Shown in pieces: positions 37,838-48,013 of a stretch of 64,000 nucleotides of DNA. Position 1 is the first letter of the stretch; the number at the start of each line of letters is the position of its first letter. Source of the DNA: Balanoglossus misakiensis (Eukaryota; Animalia; Hemichordata); contig CM082593.2 of NCBI GenBank assembly GCA_040954595.2, positions 7,476,043 through 7,540,042 on the forward strand. The letters are read 5' to 3'. The notes below the pieces were generated by a model that was not told where the DNA came from, ran no database searches, and worked only from the letters and a program-made list of their open reading frames with translations. Both the position numbers and the translations under genes were made by a program.

Positions 37838-39595
37838 GTTGAAACGGGTCGTGTTAATTAAAGTTGTGTAGAGAGATCTAAGATGCGTTTGCTGCTTCGA
37901 CTGTATCTGACTTTCTAACTTGCAAGGGACACATTTATATAGGTTGCTGGTGTACCAGATTAGTTCATGATTGCGATCTGTAATCTCAAGGAAAATTGGG
38001 GAAAGGAACGGGCGAATCCGCGTTCTTAGTTTCCTTCTTCGTTTTTTTCACCTTGATCGATACCACTGTTTGTAGACGTTCTAAAAATAGACCATGAGTG
38101 TTCTCTGGAACGGTGACGCTTTGGACGTCGTTACCGGCAACAAGGTCATAAAGCATGAATTCCGTGTCCTTTGTAATCATTCTGAGACATTATTGTCACT
38201 GTAAAGTGGTTACTGACAGCTTACAAGGTTCAGCCGTGTGACCCCGTTGTTTGTATTATAACTGTCTGTGTAGCAGAGGTCCGGGAGTGTTGTTGACACC
38301 TTCAAAGAAGGGGCGGTAATTTCTATTCAAACACTTCTGCATGATACGTCTGTCTGTCTACCTAACACAATCACTGATGACATTTATGGTTGGTGATATC
38401 AATGCACAGATTAAACACTACCACGAGTAAGGCGGGAACCCACCACGGCGCAAAACTGTCAAGACAGGAAGGGTTATCAGCCAAGTGTTTTGCTCGGTTC
38501 TTTTGCAGCACTGAGCGAAGCGCCTATATCTGTGACCCTTCTTGTAGAACACATACCCACTAAGAATAATTAGAATATACCCTAGGTCATTTGATAGTAT
38601 TCGATTTTTTACTGGAAATTCGCTAACCATATTTAAATTCCTCTGCATTCGGGCACCAGACAATAACACAAGTCAATCTTTTATCCACGCGGGTAGTAAT
38701 ATTTCTTCAGTAATCAACCGTGATGTTTACACTGCATATTTCTGAATCACCATAATTATTCTGAAGACACGGAAATAAAGATGAGGGACGACAAAAGAGT
38801 TTTTCCTGGTAAAATACAAAGACATAACGTGATGCACACCTTGTTTAATACCCGGATCTTGACCATCAACTTCCACATTTTTTCGAAGTTTCGGACAAGG
38901 ACGTGGGATTTCCGAGCAATTAATGTGATGGCCAAGCAAGAATAGCATTTCGCTCGATCACAATATTAGAACTTTGATTTTGTAGCGCATATACTAGTAT
39001 ATGGGACTACCCAGGCTGATCATATAGTGCAGTGCATGGTTATCATATTACATAGCCTTACTGTGAGAATTTTGAGAAAACACATGCAATATTGTCATTT
39101 TCTTAATTTTTTCACACAAAGCGCCGAAAGAGGGGGTTTAATGTAAATGATATAAAGAAAACACTATGTCCCGGGATTGATTTGTTCACCATAGGAAAAC
39201 TATACTCGGGGTATAATGAGTGCAAGGAAAGTGCTGACTCAACATTTCCACAATATTAAGGATCCGTGGCTCAGTCATGTATTTTGAGGTCATTTTGGAT
39301 GACGTCTCTATAGGTGTAAATGGGTACCACGAGCCCAATGACCCGAATATTCAGTCCGGTCGGATAACCGGAAAGACAAACACACACCTGTGTTGGCGTT
39401 ATATATTTTATTCCGTCTATTAAAAACGCAATTGCAACGAACATAGATCATTTAACTTAATTGTGAGTAACACAAAATTTACATTCATTCTGGGTTAAAG
39501 TCTGCTTAATCTCCGCCGTGTTAAAAGAATAAGTCTACGCTACAATTACGTAAACTTACATTAAATTATATTTGTCATTTATACTGACTGTGTTC

Positions 39596-39793
39596 AAGTT
39601 TATGAAACTTACATTGATGTTACGAAAACGCAACCACCACGCACATTATGACCAATAACCGACGAAAATGTCGGTCACATTTGACTAGGCGGGCCTTGTA
39701 TGTATACCTGTGGTTGAATAATTCCAAATCGAAAACACACACTTCGTTTCGTGCCGCCTGGGTCATATAAACAGTGAGTGCAATACTTGCACT
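39596..39793 (-). promoter_or_regulatory. Conserved structured 3'UTR module of IL-17 gene 6
   Basis: AGUGCAAGUAUUGCACU (39777-39793); UAUGACC/GGUCAUA (39761-39767/39647-39653); GUUGC-GUUUUC-GUAAC (39619-39634); AAGUUU-CAU-AAACUU (39596-39610). Confidence 0.8.
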
Positions 39794-40378
39794 TTGCTCA
39801 ATATAAAGGTTGTATATAATGTTTCTGTCGCAAAAATAAATATATTGCGGATATCGCGAACGATCTTCCCTTGGAAACATGCGCGCAGAAGTTGACGAGC
39901 ATGCGCAGTTACATGACTGCTCTGCTCTTTGTAGTACTCTATAAGGTTCTTGCATTCTTTGTGGAATCGACTTTTATAAAAAAAAGTAAATAAAATGTAC
40001 TCCTATGATAATGAGATATGTTACAGATGTATCGTCTTCAGGATCGACATTGTACTCTTGTTGTATGAAAACTCATTATTATAAGTTAAATATACATAAA
40101 TATTATCAAAGGTACTTGGTGATTTGCTGTAATGAACTTTGTGCAAGGCGTCACGGTATTTTGCGGTGTTCTTTTGTCGCACGTGTAATGTTGCAAGATT
40201 GCGCAGGAAGGGCGGTGACTTGTGTACTTCATAGCGGAAAATGTTCAGACGACAGTTACTGTACCATGTGGCCTACATCAAGCGTAAATGACGTCATTTT
40301 GCCTATAAATAAAACTTTTAGGATATTCGCCCAGCTTTGCAATATTTTTCCGTTTATGTAAACTTTGTACAACTTCAT

Positions 40379-41458
40379 CTACACCCTTTCTCGTCCACAA
40401 GTACACGCCAATGCAAGTTTCACTGTGGTCGGTTCGTAGACATAAAACCCTTCGGAGTCACAGTCTTTGGTTTTCTCCAAAACTGTCAAGTCGCCCGTGG
40501 TTATCGTCTCACACCGCCATATTGGATGGTAGTCGCTGTGTTCGATGAGATCGGTGACGCACTTCCGGCAGTCGTAGCACTCGGCTTCAACCAGGGTTTG
40601 CGGGTAGCGGTCATCGTCTGTGTTTTCAACGTGGTAGTACGGACAGGTCGATCTGATTTCCAACGGAGCCCCCGAACCGTACGAGAGAGGGCAGGCGGTC
40701 GACGAGGGCGGGCTGTAGGTCCCCGCAGTGGCGGCGTAAGAGTGGGCATTCGGTGTGTATTGGTTCAACTGCGCGCGAAGAGCGTCCTGACTCGGCTGTT
40801 GGCACTTTGTTGGGTTGCCATGGATACCGACTATGCTACACATGATGGCAAACTGTAACGAAGAAGATAACAGCAAATATTACTACAAATTTCAGTCTTC
40901 ACATTAAAATATGTTTCCATGTACTGGGCGATCGAACGATTTGAATTTGCAAAATAAACCTGACGAAAACTTAGCAAACGTATAAATGTGAAGGTGATTT
41001 TTAGCTTTCTGTAAATGAGAGTACAGTATTTTTTGTTTCTCATCGTAAGGCTTATGACAAGTTTGTCATCTGGTAGGAAAATGGACATCTTATAGACGTT
41101 GGAATTACATGTACACCAATCAATCCAAAAAGGACAACAATAATAATCATGGAAAAAATAACCCAGCTCGGATGCACTGAGCTGTTGAGTGGCCATAGAT
41201 TTTCAAAGAGGGAACTTGAGTCTTTAAAATATTTCCACCACGTCCGCTTTCACGTTTTAAACTGGTGTGGAAGCATCTGTTAATCAGATTTCGAAAATTC
41301 GAACATGTGTCCGATGTACGTAGCCTTAGAGCCTTACTTTCCTAATTTTTCTGACATCTTCAACAAATGTTCGCTTTTTTCAGGCTGAAAGGGGGGATCT
41401 CATCGGCGCATGCGTGCACTGAGCTCTAACTCACCAGACAACTGTACGTGATTTCCAT
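40379..41458 (-). CDS. IL17: IL-17-like cytokine, gene 6 (exon 1 41435-41458 MEITYSCL; exon 2 40379-40852; 165 aa)
   Basis: IL-17 signature. gtgagt donor and cgttacag acceptor, phase 0. Confidence 0.87.
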
Positions 41459-43275
41459 GTCTAAATATGAATGACTTCTTCGCTGTGGTAATAGTATGAG
41501 TTACGTCCAGGAGTCGTGGTTGTCTAACTTGTGTTTGAATATCAAACTGCCTACCCCATTCTTATATTCCTGATCGAGCCTGTATCTTTAGGCTGTGAGC
41601 TCATTATTGTGGAGAATATTTTTAAAAAAAATCAGGGAAAAGAGGCAAAATCTAGGCGAGATGTCCACGCTAATTTTGCGACTCGGTAATCCGGTCTATA
41701 ATTAGCATGTGAATGGGTGCGGGAAATGATATTTTGAACCCGAGCTATCTGCACCAGCAAGACTTTAACCCCTTCGACCCGCGAGCCGCGCTAACTCCCT
41801 TCTGCTACACACATACACACCTGTTCAACTTAAACTTCTAAATTCTTGTTCAAATATCGTTAAAAGCATATGCATATGTAATTATCGGTCACGTAGTTCC
41901 ACATATTCCGCATACAAATCAAAAACATTCCTATTGTATAAGGATATCTAGGAACTAATCAAGAATTTGGAAGTTGAATTAATTATTTTTTTCGTTTAGT
42001 TCTAAATATAGGGTACTTCCCCGTACATCGCCCATCATGTAGACAAGGCACTATAATTATGTTCTATATTTTGTCCAATTTTACCTGGAAAGTTTTAATC
42101 ATCAGTGACCTGGTACCTTTGCAAGTAGTTGAAAAGTATACGCCTAGACAAATGTTGCCATTGAATGTTGAGATTTTTCCAATCACAGTTTTTCACTTGG
42201 GTGGCCACGCGAAAAAGTGTGCCGCCACGCGATCACACGATGGTAGACACGCCCTTCAACCACATTGAGGGCATACGTATGTTGGGGGGTCTGCATTCAT
42301 GTTGTATTGTCGTATGTTCTTTTGGACAATTTAAAACTATTGCTTGAGGACACTACATGTTGTCATGCCAACAGACTGAATTGTTACTTGGCAGATCTAC
42401 GCTCATAATCTACATTTTGACTTTTGACCGTTAGGTCGTGTAGGCCTATAACTGTGCGAAGCTTTTTTTCGGTATGCGACTTCCTCAAACACTGTATTCA
42501 CACGGAACTCGCCTATGAAGCGTGTAATGCCTGTATGCGTCGCTAATCATTGACAAAGAAGTCGTGATCGACTGATGTGAGTAGGTAGGACTGCAATGAC
42601 GTAACTTCTCTGATACGTAACATAACTTGCGTCCCCATGAAGTGCTTGCGTCATATTAACAGTGTGTGGGAAGAGTGACGTCAGAGATGGCGGTGATTCA
42701 TCATGGTGTAGTCAAGGAGAGAACAACATCATGAAAACAACACGTGGGTGCGGAACAAGAACAAAACCGTACCAAAAGCAGATTCAAGATGGCGATTTCT
42801 CGTGCCAGGAAATAACCAATCTCAAATGAAAGATACTCTAAAATTGGCAACAACAATTTTATGCTCTTTCAGCCCGAGTTCCGCAATATTCACACTTCCC
42901 AACAATGTATGTTCTAAACATCTTCGGGGTGGACTGTCCACTGTCACGGCACCCTGAATTGTAAATGTGGGTGTCGTGTTAGTATGATATTGGTCAAATA
43001 TGCACAACAAAGAATAAATGTCACATGAATGTGTCAAATCCTTTTTTTAAAAGAGGGACGTATTTACAAGTTTTTTCTTCACGATTTAGGGGAATTCAAG
43101 TTGGCTTTATGCTCGACATTACCAGACCAGTGAGAATTGGCCAAAGTCGCCGCGTACTTGAATAAAGAGATGGAGATCGGTAACAATTTTACAGGTTGTA
43201 TGTCTTTATTAATAAATATGTTTGAAGTATTTATAAATATATAAGTTAAATTTCAGTAGATAAAATAACTACGTC

Positions 43276-43325
43276 AAGTTTATAAAACTTACTGTGACGT
43301 TACAGAACGTAACTGACTAAGTATG
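43276..43325 (-). promoter_or_regulatory. Truncated 3'UTR module of IL-17 gene 7 (last two hairpins only)
   Basis: GUUAC-GUUCU-GUAAC (43299-43313); AAGUUU-UAU-AAACUU (43276-43290). Confidence 0.72.
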
Positions 43326-43834
43326 GAGGGCCTTAACAAATTAGTTGTCGACAGCCGTTTCATTTGGTTTTCTTTCTGAAATCTTGGACAAAAAAGCACA
43401 GTTACCATCTTCAAACGTTATCTTTCGCCGTTCTTTTTTTTTCATTGTCCTACTTGCTGTCCTGTCGGATCCTCTCAGCATCGCCTTCACCACGGCAACC
43501 ATTATGTCATGTCGTTTACAAACAAGCAGGATACAGAAAATTCTGACGACCAGAATTGCAGAACGTCTCAGAAAAAAAATTCTCAAGTGGATTAAATTTA
43601 CCCCTGTGGGGCTAATATCTATAGGAATATAAATAAATTTAGACTGTAAAAGTAGCGCTTATTTTCGTTACTAGTTTCTCTTTCCGTCTCTGATATGTAT
43701 GATACCAGCGCCATTTTCTTCTAGTTGAAGGGCACATTCCTGCATCTGAACTTTTAAACGATTGAATGTCACCTTGAGCTGATTTCTGTGTGTTGAATCA
43801 CTCTGTTGCAAACACTTCAGTTTCCACCTCACGT

Positions 43835-44884
43835 TTAAACTCTTTCTCTTCCACAAGTACAAGCCGCTGCCAGTTTCACTGTGGTCGGTTCGTAGACATA
43901 AAACCCGTCAGAGTCACAAGCGCTGGTTTTTACTAAGACTGTCAGGTCAGCCGTGGTTATCTTCTCACACCGCCACATTGGATGGTGGTCGCTGTTTTCC
44001 AGGAGATCCGTGATGCAGTTCGGACAATCGTAGCACTCGGCTTCAACCAGGGTCGGTGGGTAGCGGTCGGTGTCTGTGTTTTCAACGTGGTAGTAAGGGC
44101 AGGTCGATCTGATTTCCAAGGGGGCGCCTGGCCCGTAGGAAACCGGACATGCAGTCGATGAGGGCGGGCTGTAGGAACCAGGTATACTGGCATGCGAGAG
44201 AGCGTTCGGTGTGTATTGGCTTAACTGCTCTTGTAAAGCATCTTGACTCGGTTGTTGACAGTTCATTGGGTTCCCATGGATACCAATCACGCTGACAACT
44301 ACCATTGCTACAATCTATAAGAGACAGAATCATACATCAGTTAATTTCCTAGTAACACGGGAGCCTTCTTCAGTACGAGGGGATGCGGTCTGCAGGCTAT
44401 AAAAACGCCGACGAAATTCTCGATGTGAACAAAATGAACCAAATTTAATGCCCCTTTCCCATGTTTTCAGCAACTTATAGCATTGTACAGGAGAAACTGT
44501 AGTGGTAAATTAAGAAGCGTCTCAGCACGGCAACAATTAAAGTAGTTATCATGGGAAATAATCATTGTCTGACTCTCTAGAGTCTTAGCCGATGACAACT
44601 GCATACCTGGTCCGTCGTTATAGTCTAAATTTGCATTTGTTACTTTCATCGCCAAATATGGCAAAAAAGCCATAAAGGTAAAAGCAAAGTAATGTGATAT
44701 AATGTACGCAATAGTGTGAAATCCCCTTCTGTAAGAAATGGCCCTCCCAAATGAAAGAATGTTGCTTAGATGTGACTGGGTACTGCGACAGAAAAAAGTA
44801 CAGCAACATTATAGTGCAGTTAATTCTAATATCCTGAAGAACTACCAACTCCGAACTCACCATTACACTATGCAGAGAGTCCAT
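43835..44884 (-). CDS. IL17: IL-17-like cytokine, gene 7 (exon 1 44861-44884 MDSLHSVM; exon 2 43835-44314; 167 aa)
   Basis: IL-17 signature. gtgagt donor and ctcttatag acceptor, phase 0. kB-like GGACTTCCCC at 45171-45180 and GGGGCTTCCCC at 45933-45943 upstream. Confidence 0.87.
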
Positions 44885-46872
44885 GTCTTTGAAGTTTTCT
44901 TGTATCTTGGTAGTGATGGTATAACACGGTGAGTAGTGATGGAGGTAGTTGTTCTTGCTACAGATATTGTCTCAGTGATGTTCAGCTTCACGAGCCCCAT
45001 GTTTTTATTAACTGCTCAAAATCTGTGGTATGACCTCAACTTGCAATTTTTAGCCGGCGGGAAAACACAATCTACCTAAGATGTACTTAAACCCTAGCAA
45101 CAGCGTGTTTTGGTCTAAATACACTTGGCTTTTGTGATCCGGGTATGTATTGGAACCCGTATGTACACCCGGACTTCCCCTTCAGATTTCAACCCACCGG
45201 TGCTTTGTACTTCCGGTCTGACGAGACTCGTCACATAGATACTGTTGCTATGTGGAGGTACGCACAGTGATGTAACTGGCCAACCCACTTTGCAGGTGTT
45301 GACCTTTGAATTATGCAAATCAGTCATGTTTTGTGATGTTTGTAACATGTTCGCACGTGGCATTGAGCCCGTGATTGGAGGACAACGCGCGTCATACTGT
45401 TCCGCTTTTAATCGAATTGAAGCATTTGGCACGTTTATCTCGCTTTTGAAACGACTGTTGCGTCACAATCGTTATGCACCTGTGACTATAGATATAAATC
45501 AACACTGCAGATAACTGACAGAAGAAAAAAACTATCTAACGACGCATGCTCACACCTAAGTTGATTGAAAATACAATGTATAAGGCAAAAAAAAAGATTG
45601 GTTATCAAGTTGAATTCACGAAATTAATACTTTGTCATGCACGGATTTACATATCTATTAAAATGTAAGCGGAAAGTTGGAAAAAAAAACAAGTGGAATT
45701 ATACTGTAGTTTTTCACGCCATTACTGCTCTGGCCAGGAAAATTACCGAACGCGGGGGAGGGGGTGTATTTGGGGGTCTGTCCTATTTCCACTCTACCCC
45801 CGCGGAAAACATTGGGGAATAAAGTCTCACACAAACACACGTTTGCAGAAGCTAATGACACCGCAGTCGAAATATTTTGATTTTAGCCAACAGGCGACAA
45901 ATAGCAGGTCAAAGGTTCGGGTGTGGAATTTAGGGGCTTCCCCTTGGTTACCCAATTCAAATGATTAACATGTGATAAGATATACCGCTTTATGACGTAC
46001 TGGTATAGTCTGCTAGATATCCATGGATTCAAGCAGTCGTTGTAAAGAGCTTCTGAATATTACCAACGCTCAAACTGTTTCGCACTAAGAACAAAAGCAT
46101 GCAATGAAACTATTGGATTCCGGCCAGAATCTATTTACATGCTCTGTATGCTTGTTAATAGGTATGTGCGCAACAGTAGTAGCAACGAAAGTAGCGATAA
46201 ACTGACTGTAATATACGTTTTACCACCTTAAATCCGTATCAGTATCGTTGAGTCATATAGTGAACCCACCTTATAAGAAGGAAGAGAACGAGAATACTGA
46301 ATACGCGACGACAATTTCCTGTTACAAGGAGCTTGTTATGACACAAGGAGGTGTGAATGCTATGGCAATGAAGCAATAAACACGCCTTCTTTTTTCAAGT
46401 TCTTTTTAGCACGAAAGCGGAATTGAATCCGGTTCAACACTTCAACTTTCGGACAGATCACGAACAATCAAACTAACATGCTTGAGGGGCAAATTACTTT
46501 GTGGGATTATTCTCTGTATAATAATCATTATAGAACTATCGAACTTTTTTTATTATCATACATGCAACGCCTGTATTTGGCACTTTCTATTGTTCTCGCC
46601 CCGAAGATATTTAGGGGTTATCGAAATTCTCAATGCAAAATAATTGTTAACATGATATTTTGAAAGAGAACGTAAACAATTTTATTTAGAATGCGGATGT
46701 GCCCATCGTAATGAAAGCTGCCAACCCCCTTAAAATGATACTACGGCCCATACGTCATACGTCACAACATGCCTACTGCCGTGATCTAAGGGCGCCCGGT
46801 TCAAATTTGAAATTGTTTTTCTCGGCGCATTTCCGCAAATCGTACTGTTTTATAGGTAGGCATGTATGATAA

Positions 46873-47015
46873 AGGGGTTATTACACGAATTTTGGTCGAT
46901 AACGCGACGCATTCTCGTGATGTCCGTATTTTGACCCGCTGCTTCGCAACTCGTCAAAATACGGACATCACTCGAATACGACGCGTTATCGACCAACATT
47001 CGTGTAATAACCCCT
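46873..47015. mobile_element. Palindromic (foldback/MITE-like) element
   Basis: ~62-bp inverted arms AGGGGTTATTACACGAA...TATTTTGAC and GTCAAAATAC...TTCGTGTAATAACCCCT with a few mismatches and a short spacer. Confidence 0.6.
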
Positions 47016-47447
47016 AAACATTAAACGGTACGCATTTCGTGTCCCTATTTGACCCACCATAGTCTTGCCAGTTTCCTCTTTACAATGTGCTCGGGATCCC
47101 CTTTTCCGCTACGTACTTTGTCAATTCTTTTGAACAGTCAATAAACCCAGTGAAAATTGAAGACTTATGGAGTACATACTTCCGGGGTAATCCCGAAACA
47201 GGTATACATTTATTAAAAATACTAAAAGTACGAGGTGTGGCGCCTTTCAAAGTGACTTGAATACAAGTACGAGTGTACCTGTACCATGTTGCATGCGGGG
47301 ATTTTATTCTGTGTAATTATAAGCTCTGCAAACGCGTGTTTGTGTGACACTTTATCCCCCATGTTTTCAAAAATGACAAAATCACCAAAGTTCGCTGACT
47401 TGTTTTCACTTTGTATGGTGTAAAACGTAAGAACCTCGATTTTTCGG

Positions 47448-48013
47448 TAAGAACCGTGTAAATGCCTATCTAAGAACCTTCATGATCGGCCACGTGTATA
47501 AAATCGTATTTAAGAACCTTGATGATCGGCCACGTGTATAAAATCGTATTTATGAATCTTGATGATCGGCCATGTGTATAAAATCGTATTTAAGAACCTT
47601 GATGATCGACCACGTGTATAAAATCGTATTTATGAACCTTGATGATCGGCCACGTGTATAAAATCGTATCTAAGAACCTTGATGATCGACCACGTGTATA
47701 AAATCGTATTTATGAATCTTGATGATCGGCCACGTGTATAAAATCGTATTTAAGAACCTTGATGATCGACCACGTGTATAAAATCCTATGTAAGAACATT
47801 GATGATCGGCCCCGTGTATAAAATCCTATCTAGTAAGAACCTTGGTGATCGGCCCCGTGTATAAAATCCTATCTAAGAACCTTGATTATCGAACACGTGT
47901 ATAAAATCGTATCTAAGAACCTTGATGATCGACCACGTGTATAAAATCCTATCTAAGAACCTTGATTATGTCGGCCATGTATGAAAATGCCTATTTAAGA
48001 ACCTTGGTGATTT
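47448..48013. repeat. 40-bp minisatellite, ~13-14 copies
   Basis: Unit TAAGAACCTTGATGATCGGCCACGTGTATAAAATCGTATT (starts at 47471, 47511, ...). Confidence 0.95.

Noticed and set aside
43341-43632. Overlapping short ORFs downstream of gene 7
   Set aside because: No recognisable domain or splice support; they lie within the predicted 3'UTR.
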